Assembly (NCBI GenBank): GCA_034530615.2
Contig: JAVRCV020000007.1
Coordinates: 96,001-160,000 of the forward strand
Length of the DNA: 64,000 bases
Direction of reading: 5' to 3'
DNA from: Aulosira sp. ZfuVER01
GTDB lineage: Bacteria; Cyanobacteriota; Cyanobacteriia; Cyanobacteriales; Nostocaceae
The notes under the pieces were generated by a model. The model was not told where the DNA came from. It was given only the letters and a program-made list of their open reading frames with translations, and searched no databases. Position numbers and translations under genes: made by a program. This document shows, piece by piece, positions 11,016 through 22,421 of the stretch; within the stretch, counting starts at the first letter, position 1; every line of letters starts with the position of its first letter.

Positions 11016-12344
11016 ATGCTATTACATAGCTTGATTACGCCATTAGCATTACCAAATGACATATCTGAGTTGGAATTAAAAACAGATATAGCAAAAGTTA
11101 TGCTGATTGATGACCAATTAATTATTGGTGAAGCGATCGCGCGCATTCTCTCTAATGAAGCAGATATTTCTTTCTACTATATCAGTGACTCCACTCAAGC
11201 CATGCAAAAGGCGATCGCCATTGCACCAACGGTGATTCTTTTAGATATGGTGATGCCAGATATGGATGGATTAATGCTGCTACGCTGGTTGCGTTCTCAT
11301 CCAGCAACTCGTGACATTCCGATTGTTATGCTATCCAGCAAAGAAGAAGCAAAACTAAAAGCAGAAGCCTTTGCTGAGGGTGCAAATGACTATCTGATCA
11401 AGTTACCTGATGCAGTTGAACTAACTGCCCGAATTAGATATCATTCCAAAGCTTACAACAACCTCAAAGCACTGACTACAGCAACCGCAACGGCTCAATT
11501 ACAAGCACAGCAACTAGAGCAAACTATCAAAGAATTGCAAACAGCCCAAGTGCAATTAATTCAAACTGAAAAAATGTCTAGTTTGGGTAGAATGGTTGCA
11601 GGTTTAGCTCACGAAATTAATAATCCTGTTAATTTTATTCATGGAAATTTTTGTCATTTAAATAGCCATATTCAATGTCTATTAGATGTGATGAGATTTT
11701 ACCAGCAAGAAGATCCTGATTTATATAATAAAGCTCAAGACCAAATAGGTGATATAAATCTTGATTTTGTTATAGAAGACTTGCAGAAAATAATTTTATC
11801 TATGAAAATTGGCACCGATCGGATTCGAGAAATCGTGCTATCAATGCGCAACTTTTCTCGGCTCGATCAAGCTGAAAAAAAAGCTGTAAATCTTCATGAA
11901 GGTATTGACAGTACATTATTACTATTAAATCATCGCCTCAAGCAAGAAATTCAAGTTATTAAACAATATGGAAATTTGCCCTTAGTTGAATGTTATCCAG
12001 CACAACTTAACCAAGTATTTATGAATATTCTTAGTAATGGCATAGATGCCTTACTAGAACAAGAGGCACATCAAGATTTAAAGCAAATTATCATTAAAAC
12101 TGAAGTAACTGATATAAAAACAATTCGGGTAAAAATTATAGATAACGGTTCTGGAATTTCAACAGAAATATACAATAAGATATTCGACCCTTTTTTTACA
12201 ACTAAACCTGTAAATCAAGGAACTGGGCTAGGATTAGCAATTAGCTATCAAATTATCGAGAGACATAAAGGCACTATCAAAGTCAAATCTGAAGCAGGTT
12301 ATGGAACAGAGTTTGCGATTGAAATTCCCATAGCACTAGCTTAG
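11016..12344 (+). CDS. Hybrid response regulator / histidine kinase (REC-HisKA-HATPase)
   Basis: REC (LLDMVMP), AHEINNP H-box, DNGSG, FDPFFTTK and GTGLGL boxes. Confidence 0.92.
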   Translation: MLLHSLITPLALPNDISELELKTDIAKVMLIDDQLIIGEAIARILSNEADISFYYISDSTQAMQKAIAIAPTVILLDMVMPDMDGLMLLRWLRSHPATRDIPIVMLSSKEEAKLKAEAFAEGANDYLIKLPDAVELTARIRYHSKAYNNLKALTTATATAQLQAQQLEQTIKELQTAQVQLIQTEKMSSLGRMVAGLAHEINNPVNFIHGNFCHLNSHIQCLLDVMRFYQQEDPDLYNKAQDQIGDINLDFVIEDLQKIILSMKIGTDRIREIVLSMRNFSRLDQAEKKAVNLHEGIDSTLLLLNHRLKQEIQVIKQYGNLPLVECYPAQLNQVFMNILSNGIDALLEQEAHQDLKQIIIKTEVTDIKTIRVKIIDNGSGISTEIYNKIFDPFFTTKPVNQGTGLGLAISYQIIERHKGTIKVKSEAGYGTEFAIEIPIALA

Positions 12345-13013
12345 TAGCGGCGTGACACAGTTCACTGAGTGCATGAGAGTCGGATCAAATTTGGTAAATT
12401 TTTTTCTTAATCAAAGTAAATGGGATAAAGAAACACTCGCTTGCTTAATTTCATCACGCAACTGAATAAAGAGATGCGTACCTTGATAAAGTATGAACAA
12501 GCGAGTGGTACTGATGATAGTGATGCCTCTCAATGCTAATCTTATGTCGGGATGTTGAATTCAAGACTAACTACTAGGGCAAATTAACATCATCTGTGAA
12601 GCAGAGTATGAAGCTAGTGCTGATGCCCTAGACAAAGACCCTGTATGCTTTAACAACATCCAGAAGTTTTTTTAGAGAACAGACAATCACCTAACAATCA
12701 GCAATAGAATAGCGATGATAGTCCAAGAGGAAACTCACCAAGTTTACCCAGAATACGCAAAATTGTAGAGTTGGCAGAATCAGGGAGCAACGATTCTTCA
12801 GTTATGAATCATGAAGTACAAACTAGGAAATTTAATCTTGAGCTTCACAATTCATAATTCCTTGGACTTTAAATTTGGATGTCAGGATTATCTGAATTGG
12901 ATTGAGTAATTATGTGCCAATTCATCTTGAGAAAAGACACATACCCACCAACCTATCAGCTATCAGCAGCCAATTAAACAGTTAAAAGCTGACGGCTGAA
13001 TGCTGATAGCTAT

Positions 13014-13694
13014 TTAAGCCATTTGATTTTCAATCGCCCACCGCGCTAGTTCAGTGCGGTTGTGGAGATTGGTTTTGCCCAACATATTGGACACGTGGCT
13101 TTCAACGGTACGTTGACTAACATTCAATTCTTCAGCAATTTCCCGGTTGGCTAAACCCCTGGCTACAAACTGTACTACTTTCAGTTCGGTGGGAGTTAAC
13201 TGCACATCGAAGGGAACCTGGATACGAGACCCATTTTCTCCTCCTTTTGCTTGGTGTTCTTTCCAACGGATAGTTTGCTTCAGCGAAGATTCTACTTGCG
13301 CTACGAGTTCTTCTGGTTCAAAGGGCTTGACCATATAAACGTCAGCACCTTTATTCAGACCCTTAACTCGGTCTGCACTTTGTCCTTTAGCTGAAAGGAA
13401 TAGAACGGGAATCCAGCTAGTACGTTCATTTTGCCGGACTTGTTCTACAAAAGTGTATCCGTCCATTTCCGGCATCATCACGTCGCAGATAATCATATCT
13501 GGAACATCATGCTCTAAAATTTCCAGAGCTTCTCTTCCATTTTCGGCGGTGATGACTTCATATCCCCGGAATTCCAAGTAATCCTTCACCAGCAAGATGA
13601 GGTTAGGGTCATCATCAATCAGTAGAAGTCGTTTGTGATCTTTCATGCTGGGCTCTTTCATAGCAGTGGCACTTGTCGCGCTTCGGTCCATCAA
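13014..13694 (-). CDS. NarL/LuxR-family two-component response regulator
   Basis: REC (ICDVMMP) plus LuxR HTH (LTPTELKVV...NREIA...RTVESHV). Confidence 0.93.
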   Translation of the reverse strand: MMDRSATSATAMKEPSMKDHKRLLLIDDDPNLILLVKDYLEFRGYEVITAENGREALEILEHDVPDMIICDVMMPEMDGYTFVEQVRQNERTSWIPVLFLSAKGQSADRVKGLNKGADVYMVKPFEPEELVAQVESSLKQTIRWKEHQAKGGENGSRIQVPFDVQLTPTELKVVQFVARGLANREIAEELNVSQRTVESHVSNMLGKTNLHNRTELARWAIENQMA

Positions 13695-14023
13695 GGTCTT
13701 GTATATTTATCCTCTATGGTGGATTATTTGAGATGTTGTCTTTTTTTCCACTTAACTTGCCTTTGCTTGTTGAAATTCTTATCAGTGATAACCACAGTTT
13801 AGAATACTACTAGCATATAGGCAATAGTCCAGTAAGGATACGTAGAGCAGTAGTAATTATAATGCGTTATTATATATCGCTTTGAAAGTGGCGGGTGAAA
13901 AAATGCTGATTAAATAATAATCCTTCCGATTCACAGGTTCAGTATTGGCTGAAGATGACCCTAGCTCAAAACCAACCACCGCTTCAGAGCGCTTACTACC
14001 TAAATACGATATCCCTCCAGATG

Positions 14024-14497
14024 TTAAGCCTCTATCAGATTTTCACAAGCAACCAGAGAAGTTTTTGGCAAAGGATGGGTTAAAAATGCATATTCTTCAA
14101 CCACCATTATGCCTATCAAGTGTTCTTGGACGATCCGCTCAATCACTTCCGGGTTTGCTTGACAATACCAGACACCATCCGGGTAAACCACCATTATCGG
14201 TCTAGAACAACAAACTCGCAAGCAATTGGCTTTAGTTCTCAAGACGCAGACGGGACTACTTTTTGGCGGTTGGTTGAGCTTGATCTGCCTCAATCGCCTT
14301 TTTAAGTATTCCCAGGATTCCAGACTAACTTGTTTTGAGCAGCAGTTGGCAACTGTCCGATCGCCACAAAGAAAATTATGTCTTTGAATCTTTGCAAGTC
14401 CTAAAGTTTCTACACAATTACGCAGGGCTTTATTGTCTAGAGATTTAGTGGTTTTGGGGATTTTACGGCTGCACTGGATCACTGTATTGTTACTCAT
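14024..14497 (-). CDS. Thioredoxin-like [2Fe-2S] ferredoxin
   Basis: FLC...CC...CLRVC...VVYPDGVWY pattern. Confidence 0.8.
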   Translation of the reverse strand: MSNNTVIQCSRKIPKTTKSLDNKALRNCVETLGLAKIQRHNFLCGDRTVANCCSKQVSLESWEYLKRRLRQIKLNQPPKSSPVCVLRTKANCLRVCCSRPIMVVYPDGVWYCQANPEVIERIVQEHLIGIMVVEEYAFLTHPLPKTSLVACENLIEA

Positions 14498-14739
14498 CGA
14501 GCTGCTCCCTGATTACAGTTCTATAACAATTTCCCCGCTTTGCAAATAAATTTGTTCATATAAAAATATTCGTAACTTAAACAACATAACCTGAAGATTT
14601 ACAATAAATAAGTATTTATACTTAAGTATATGCTTGAACGGCGTGCAGAAATAATCGATGAAAAAGGTCATTTGTTAGTGGGCATTGGGTATGGGGCAAT
14701 AGTTATTTCTCCCTCATCTCCCTCATCCCTCATCCCCCA

Positions 14740-14755
14740 GTTCGGGAACCCGTAC
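14740..14755 (+). promoter_or_regulatory. K-box upstream of groES
   Basis: GTTCGG-GAAC-CCGTAC matches the cyanobacterial K-box consensus GTTCGG-NNAN-CCNNAC. Confidence 0.8.
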
Positions 14756-14794
14756 ACCAAGAATTGTTGCCATTGTATGCTGGTCTTCGGTAAA

Positions 14795-14821
14795 TTAGCA
14801 CTCAGGAGTTGAGAGTGCTAA
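14795..14821 (+). promoter_or_regulatory. CIRCE element (HrcA operator)
   Basis: Perfect TTAGCACTC-N9-GAGTGCTAA directly upstream of groES. Confidence 0.97.
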
Positions 14822-14837
14822 CTCTGGAGAAATTAAT

Positions 14838-15149
14838 ATGGCAGCTGTATCTTTAAGCGTTTCTACAGTTAAACCTTTAGGCGATCGCGTTTTCGTGAAA
14901 GTGAGCGCCTCTGAGGAAAAGACCGCAGGTGGTCTGTATTTACCCGACACCGCCAAGGAAAAGCCCCAGGTTGGGGAAGTGGTCGCTCTAGGCCCTGGTA
15001 AGCGGAATGATGACGGTTCTCGTCAAGATCCCGAAATCAAAATCGGAGACAAAGTACTGTACTCCAAGTATGCTGGCACCGATATCAAGCTCGGCACCGA
15101 AGAGTACGTCCTGCTTTCTGAAAAAGATATTTTAGCAATTGTGGCGTAA
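14838..15149 (+). CDS. groES: Co-chaperonin GroES
   Basis: KPLGDRV...[13 protein letters not shown]. Confidence 0.98.
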   Translation: MAAVSLSVSTVKPLGDRVFVKVSASEEKTAGGLYLPDTAKEKPQVGEVVALGPGKRNDDGSRQDPEIKIGDKVLYSKYAGTDIKLGTEEYVLLSEKDILAIVA

Positions 15150-15242
15150 TGGGTCTTGGTGATTGTGGCATAGTGATGCCCAATACGAGAGCGATCTATT
15201 ACCAAAATTTAAAGACAAACTTGACTTAACTCCCTCAATTAG

Positions 15243-16886
<1,644 letters not shown>

Positions 16887-16909
16887 TACTTTATAGCCCC
16901 CTATTTGTC

Positions 16910-16947
16910 AAAACAGCTGCTTCCCTTGTGGAGGCGGCTGTTTTTTT
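16910..16947 (+). terminator. Rho-independent terminator of groESL
   Basis: AAAACAGCTGCTTCC / GGAGGCGGCTGTTTT stem followed by a T-run. Confidence 0.85.
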
Positions 16948-17008
16948 GTCTTATTAAATCGCAGAATTATAGTAATAAATTAATATCGCATAAAAATCTG
17001 AAAATCAC

Positions 17009-17815
17009 TTGAGTTACGACAACGCTTGTAAATATTTAGCTGAACAGTACCCAGCAGATTTTGTGCGCTGGTTACTAGGAGTAGACGCGCCACAAATTGA
17101 AATCTTAAAAACTGAACTGACACTAGAACAAATTCGTGCAGATTCTGTGACATTTCTGCAAGCAGCTAACAAAATTTTACATATCGAATTTCAAACATTA
17201 ACGATATCCGATCCGCCACTTAACTTCCGAATGCTCGATTATTCGGTGAGGTTAAAGCGTCAATATCGATGTCCTGTAACCCAAGTAATCATCTTTTTAC
17301 AGGAAACTACTAACGAAATGGCTTTTGCTGAAGAATATCGAGACGACACAACAATTCATCAATATCGGGTAGTTAGATTATGGGAGCAAGATTCAGCAGC
17401 GTTTTTGGCAAATCCTGCACTGTTACCTCTAGCAACATTAACCAGAACTGAATCACCTCAAGGACTGCTTGCACAAGTTGCCGAACGAGTCGCTACAATT
17501 CCAAATAGAGAGCAGCGACAAAATATAGCTGGTTGTATAGAGATTTTGGCTGGATTGCGGTTTGAGAAGGATTTAGTTCAGCAATTTTTACGGGAGGATA
17601 TTATGAAAGAATCTGTAATTTATCAAGATATCGTTCAAAAAGAAGCATTGAAATTGATTAGCCGTATGCTTAAACGGCGTTTTGGCGATATTGATGCATC
17701 ATTATTTGAACAAGTTCGGAATTTATCTGCTGAACATTTAGAAGATTTAGGAGAAGCGTTGTTTGATTTCTCTGAATTTGCTGATTTGGTAGCTTGGTTA
17801 GAAGAGCATAATTAA
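17009..17815 (+). CDS. Rpn-family (PD-(D/E)XK) recombination-promoting nuclease / putative transposase, DUF4351-like C-terminus
   Basis: YDNACKYLAE start, RADS...HIEFQ nuclease motif, FRMLDY, C-terminal LEDLGEALFDF. Confidence 0.85.
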   Translation: MSYDNACKYLAEQYPADFVRWLLGVDAPQIEILKTELTLEQIRADSVTFLQAANKILHIEFQTLTISDPPLNFRMLDYSVRLKRQYRCPVTQVIIFLQETTNEMAFAEEYRDDTTIHQYRVVRLWEQDSAAFLANPALLPLATLTRTESPQGLLAQVAERVATIPNREQRQNIAGCIEILAGLRFEKDLVQQFLREDIMKESVIYQDIVQKEALKLISRMLKRRFGDIDASLFEQVRNLSAEHLEDLGEALFDFSEFADLVAWLEEHN

Positions 17816-17847
17816 AATGCTCATTTAAATACAAGTATTTGCGTATT

Positions 17848-18513
17848 ATGTCAAAGTTAACAGAAACTTTAGATAAAATTCTGAATTGGTTAGAAGAACA
17901 TGAAGATTTAGACTTTGCTCGGTTTGAATCATTACAACCTGGACTTACATATAAAGAAATTGAACAAAAATTAACTGATTTATTACCTTTGCGGTTACCC
18001 AAAGAAGTTTATGAACTTTATCAATGGGGTAATGGTGCTTGGTACGACGAGGAAGATTGGGCACGATTTTTTGATAATCGGACTTTTCTTTCTTTAGAAT
18101 CTGCGCTGGATATGTATTTTGGTTTAACAAAATTAGATAAAGAAGCAGATAAATTGGAATTTCCATCTATGTGGAGTGATACTTGGAATACTCGATGGTT
18201 TCCGATTTTCCAAGAACAATATAATACAGGTTTTTATGCAGTTGTTCTTGATGAAGCACAAAAAGAAACAACGCCAGTATTAGATATATTTTTGGAAGAT
18301 TGTGATGATGAGCCTTTTATCATCTATCCAAGCATAACTAAAATGATACTTGCAGAAGCAGAGCTTTATGAATCCGGTTATTACTTGCAGAAAGCTGAAC
18401 TCAAACAGTTAAGCTATGACTTGCAATCAAGATATAGATCAGCTTTAGATGAAGAGGCAAAATATATTCGCCAAAAATATCAAGATATGCACATCAAGGT
18501 TTGGCGACAATAA
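17848..18513 (+). CDS. SMI1/KNR4 (SUKH) family protein
   Basis: LQPGLTYKEIE...LPKEVYELYQWGNG...FLSLE pattern; the ATG at 17848 is preferred. Confidence 0.75.
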   Translation: MSKLTETLDKILNWLEEHEDLDFARFESLQPGLTYKEIEQKLTDLLPLRLPKEVYELYQWGNGAWYDEEDWARFFDNRTFLSLESALDMYFGLTKLDKEADKLEFPSMWSDTWNTRWFPIFQEQYNTGFYAVVLDEAQKETTPVLDIFLEDCDDEPFIIYPSITKMILAEAELYESGYYLQKAELKQLSYDLQSRYRSALDEEAKYIRQKYQDMHIKVWRQ

Positions 18514-18657
18514 AAACTAACAAGCACAGTATTTTTACAAAAAAATCAATAGCTGGTTAACATACTTAATCTTTCACTTCGTGCAAAAACACTCAGAAAA
18601 AACTTTGCGCCTCTGCGCCTTTGCGTGAGATTATTATCCCTGCTGCTACACAAGATA

Positions 18658-19503
18658 ATGAGTGAAATTCTAGAAAAAGAAGTTTCTAATACTTGGCATG
18701 GCAAACTTAATTTAGTCTACGCCGATCGCCTAAATACCACCCAGCTAATTTACAATCACCAGCAAGCACCGCTAAAGGTACAGCGTCCGTTTTATCCCGA
18801 AGGCGAAAAAGTCTGTCACAGCGTCATTTTACATACGGCTGGGGGAGTCGTGGGAGGCGATCGCCTTTCTCTCAATTTCCACCTCCAACCCCACGCACAA
18901 GCATTAATCACTACAGCTGCCGCTAGTAAGATATACCGCAGCAATGGACTGCAAGCGAGACAAACCATTGAGATTCAAGTTGATGCTGGCGCTTGTTTGG
19001 AATGGCTACCCCAAGAAACAATTTTGTTTAACAGTGCGATTTATCGGCAAGATTTACGGGTAGAATTAGCAACCGGAGCTAGTTGGTTAGGCTGGGAAAT
19101 TACGCGATTAGGGCGCAGTGCGAGAGGAGAAAAGTTTTTGCAAGGAGAATGGCGATCGCATACCGAAATTTGGCAGCAAGGTGTTCCCTTGTGGATCGAT
19201 CGGCAATATTTACCGGGTAGTGAAGAAGTTTTCCACAGTCCTCACGGCTTGGCTGGACAACCAATAGTAGGTAGTCTGGTTTGGGTTGGTAATCCAGTTG
19301 AATCGGAAATAGTGAAAAAAGCACGCAGTTTATGGCATGGTGCAGGAGAGGTGGGAGTGTCGCGACTACAACATGGACTTTTATGTAGATATCGCGGTGC
19401 TTCCACATCTGAGGTGAGAAACTGGTTTACGGCTGTTTGGCAAATGCTACGAGTTGAGTTTTTGAGTCGTGGTAGCTGTATACCAAGAGTTTGGCAGGTT
19501 TGA
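18658..19503 (+). CDS. ureD: Urease accessory protein UreD
   Basis: [31 protein letters not shown]. Confidence 0.95.
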   Translation: MSEILEKEVSNTWHGKLNLVYADRLNTTQLIYNHQQAPLKVQRPFYPEGEKVCHSVILHTAGGVVGGDRLSLNFHLQPHAQALITTAAASKIYRSNGLQARQTIEIQVDAGACLEWLPQETILFNSAIYRQDLRVELATGASWLGWEITRLGRSARGEKFLQGEWRSHTEIWQQGVPLWIDRQYLPGSEEVFHSPHGLAGQPIVGSLVWVGNPVESEIVKKARSLWHGAGEVGVSRLQHGLLCRYRGASTSEVRNWFTAVWQMLRVEFLSRGSCIPRVWQV

Positions 19504-19525
19504 ACGAACCGCAGAGGAGGACGAA

Positions 19526-19828
19526 ATGCAACTTACGCCGCAGGAAAAAGATAAGTTGTTAATTTTTACTGCTGCTTTATTGGCAGAAAGACGTAAGGAA
19601 AGAGGTTTGAAGTTAAATTATCCTGAAGCAGTTGCTTATATTTCTGCTGCGATTTTAGAAGGTGCGAGAGATGGGCAAACTGTTGCAGAATTGATGAGTT
19701 ATGGCACAACTTTGTTAACGCGAGATGATGTCATGGAAGGTGTGCCGGAAATGGTGCATGAAGTGCAGGTGGAAGCAACTTTTCCTGATGGCACAAAGTT
19801 GGTAACTGTACATAATCCGATTCGTTAA
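19526..19828 (+). CDS. ureA: Urease gamma subunit
   Basis: [11 protein letters not shown]...[22 protein letters not shown]. Confidence 0.98.
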   Translation: MQLTPQEKDKLLIFTAALLAERRKERGLKLNYPEAVAYISAAILEGARDGQTVAELMSYGTTLLTRDDVMEGVPEMVHEVQVEATFPDGTKLVTVHNPIR

Positions 19829-19846
19829 TATGCAAAGGAGTAAAAT

Positions 19847-20152
19847 ATGATTCCAGGGGAAATTATTACGCAAGATGGAGAAATTGAATTAAATGCTGGT
19901 CGTGAAACTATTAAACTACTAGTAGCAAATACAGGCGATCGCCCAATTCAAGTCGGTTCGCATTTTCACTTTTTTGAAGTTAACTCCGCCTTAAACTTTG
20001 AGCGAGAACAAGCGCGAGGAATGCGCCTCGATATTCCCGCCGGGACAGCTGTCCGTTTTGAACCAGGCGATGAAAAGGAAATTAATCTCGTCCCGCTTGT
20101 TGGGAGTCGTCAGGTTTATGGGTTTAATGGCAGAGTTAATGGAGGACTGTAA
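19847..20152 (+). CDS. ureB: Urease beta subunit
   Basis: [26 protein letters not shown]. Confidence 0.98.
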   Translation: MIPGEIITQDGEIELNAGRETIKLLVANTGDRPIQVGSHFHFFEVNSALNFEREQARGMRLDIPAGTAVRFEPGDEKEINLVPLVGSRQVYGFNGRVNGGL

Positions 20153-20161
20153 GGAAGAGAT

Positions 20162-20206
20162 TTTTAACGCAGAGGGGCGCAAAGGGAAACGCAAAGGTAC
20201 GCGGAG
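20162..20206 (+). repeat. Left 45-bp imperfect inverted repeat flanking the GxxExxY gene
   Basis: 37/45 identical to the reverse complement of 20586-20630; built of CGCA(A/G)AGG-like subunits. Confidence 0.85.
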
Positions 20207-20584
20207 TTAGAGTTTGTTTGCTACACGCTTGATGCCTTGTTTGAGGTGGAGAACGTTAAAGTTGAGAATCAGACCGAGTTTACAATTTGTGAGTTTCAGA
20301 TAAGTTAAAAGTTGTACGGAGTGAATTGGGTGAATAGATTCTACAGATTTAACTTCAATAATTACTTTATTTTCTACTATTAAATCTAATCGATATACAC
20401 AATCTAATTCAACTTTTTCATACACAAGCGGTATTGGAACTTGTTTACTAACATGAAATCCCCTCTTCTTCAATTCGTAATACAAACACTCCTCATAAGC
20501 TGACTCCAACAACCCTGGCCCCAACGCCGTATGCACTCTCATCCCACAACCAATTATCGCCCCACTTAAATCATTCTCATCCAT
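20207..20584 (-). CDS. GxxExxY family protein (PD-(D/E)XK nuclease fold), 125 aa
   Basis: GPGLLESAY signature, RLDLIVE...IIEVK, QLLTYLK, GLILNF; start MDENDL. Confidence 0.92.
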   Translation of the reverse strand: MDENDLSGAIIGCGMRVHTALGPGLLESAYEECLYYELKKRGFHVSKQVPIPLVYEKVELDCVYRLDLIVENKVIIEVKSVESIHPIHSVQLLTYLKLTNCKLGLILNFNVLHLKQGIKRVANKL

Positions 20585-20585
20585 C

Positions 20586-20630
20586 CTCCGCGAACCTTTG
20601 CGCCTACCTTCGCGCTCCTTTGCGTTTAAA
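20586..20630 (-). repeat. Right 45-bp imperfect inverted repeat flanking the GxxExxY gene
   Basis: Reverse complement aligns without gaps to 20162-20206. Confidence 0.85.
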
Positions 20631-20663
20631 CTCGATTCTAACCTCACTTACAAGGAATGTAAT

Positions 20664-22379
20664 ATGCCTTACAAAATGTCTCGCCGTGCCTACGCAGAAA
20701 CTTATGGGCCAACAGTAGGCGATCGCGTCCGGCTTGCTGATACAGAATTATTTATCGAAGTAGAACAAGATTTCACCACCTACGGCGATGAGGTGAAATT
20801 TGGTGGCGGTAAAGTAATCCGTGATGGGATGGGACAATCCCCGATTTCTAACGCTGATGGTGCTGTAGATTTAGTAATTACAAATGCTTTAATTCTTGAT
20901 TGGTGGGGTGTAGTTAAAGCCGATATTGGTATTAAAGACGGCAAGATTTTTAAAATTGGTAAAGCGGGAAATCCTTATATTCAAAATAATGTAGATATTA
21001 TTATTGGCCCGGGAACCGAAGCCTTAGCAGGGGAAGGTATGATTCTCACGGCTGGCGGAATTGATAGCCATATTCATTTTATTTGTCCGCAGCAGATAGA
21101 AGTTGCGATCGCCTCCGGTATTACGACGATGATTGGCGGTGGTACTGGCCCAGCTACAGGTACGAACGCCACTACCTGCACCCCCGGCCCTTGGAATATG
21201 TACCGGATGTTGCAAGCTGCTGATGCTTTTCCTGTGAACTTGGGATTTTTAGGTAAAGGTAACGCCAGCCAACCCCAAGGACTTATTGAACAAGTAGCGG
21301 CTGGTGCAATCGGGTTAAAGCTGCATGAAGACTGGGGAACTACACCCGCAACCATTGACACTTGTCTCAGCATAGCTGATGAATATGATGTCCAGGTGGC
21401 AATTCACACCGACACCCTCAACGAAGCCGGATTTGTCGAAGATACGATCGCAGCTTTTAAAAATCGTGCCATCCACACCTACCATACTGAAGGTGCAGGC
21501 GGTGGACACGCGCCAGATATTATCAAAGTTTGTGGCGAGGCGAATGTTCTCCCATCTTCCACCAACCCCACACGCCCTTACACCCTCAACACTTTAGACG
21601 AACACCTGGATATGTTGATGGTATGCCATCACCTCGATCCAGCGATCGCGGAAGATGTGGCCTTTGCCGAATCCCGTATCCGTAGAGAAACAATCGCCGC
21701 CGAAGATATTTTGCACGACTTAGGTGCATTTAGCATGATTTCTTCTGATTCTCAAGCGATGGGAAGAGTAGGGGAAGTAATAATTCGCACCTGGCAGACA
21801 TCTCATAAAATGAAGGTGCAACGGGGAATCCTTAACCCACAAACAGAAGAACAAAGGGCTGATAATTTTCGAGCAAAAAGGTATGTTGCTAAGTACACCA
21901 TAAACCCAGCCATTACCCACGGAATTGCTCAGTATGTGGGGTCAGTAGAAGAAGGGAAACTTGCAGATTTATGTTTATGGCAACCAGCGTTTTTTGGCGT
22001 GAAGCCAGAGATAGTTATTAAAGGTGGAATGATTGCATGGTCGCAAATGGGCGACGCTAACGCCAGCATTCCCACACCGCAACCAGTACACATGCGACCG
22101 ATGTTTGGTAGCTTTGCTGGAGCGCGTCATGCTACATCATTAACTTTTGTTTCTCAAGCGGCGTTAGAAAAGGATATTCCCAGTCAGTTAGGTTTGCAAA
22201 AATCGGCCGTTGCAGTTTCCGGGACACGCCAATTAAGTAAACGGGATTTAAAGCTGAATGATGCGCTACCTCAGATTGAAGTAGATCCAGAAACCTATGA
22301 AGTCAGGGCCGATGGCGAATTGTTGATTTGTGAACCTGCGACAGTTTTACCAATGGCCCAAAGATACTTTTTGTTCTAG
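20664..22379 (+). CDS. ureC: Urease alpha subunit
   Basis: [28 protein letters not shown] Ni ligands; start MPYKMSRR after AAGGA. Confidence 0.98.
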   Translation: MPYKMSRRAYAETYGPTVGDRVRLADTELFIEVEQDFTTYGDEVKFGGGKVIRDGMGQSPISNADGAVDLVITNALILDWWGVVKADIGIKDGKIFKIGKAGNPYIQNNVDIIIGPGTEALAGEGMILTAGGIDSHIHFICPQQIEVAIASGITTMIGGGTGPATGTNATTCTPGPWNMYRMLQAADAFPVNLGFLGKGNASQPQGLIEQVAAGAIGLKLHEDWGTTPATIDTCLSIADEYDVQVAIHTDTLNEAGFVEDTIAAFKNRAIHTYHTEGAGGGHAPDIIKVCGEANVLPSSTNPTRPYTLNTLDEHLDMLMVCHHLDPAIAEDVAFAESRIRRETIAAEDILHDLGAFSMISSDSQAMGRVGEVIIRTWQTSHKMKVQRGILNPQTEEQRADNFRAKRYVAKYTINPAITHGIAQYVGSVEEGKLADLCLWQPAFFGVKPEIVIKGGMIAWSQMGDANASIPTPQPVHMRPMFGSFAGARHATSLTFVSQAALEKDIPSQLGLQKSAVAVSGTRQLSKRDLKLNDALPQIEVDPETYEVRADGELLICEPATVLPMAQRYFLF

Positions 22380-22421
22380 TTCATGACCAAATAATAACTA
22401 ATTCGGAATTTTGAATTGGTG

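Noticed and set aside
20585..20663. N-terminal extensions of UreC (from 20598) and GxxExxY (from 20647) in the ORF track
   Set aside because: Both run through the inverted repeat; family-typical starts are at 20664 and 20584.
18658..22379. Absence of ureE/F/G from the urease cluster
   Set aside because: Split urease loci are common in cyanobacteria; the genes are probably elsewhere in the genome.
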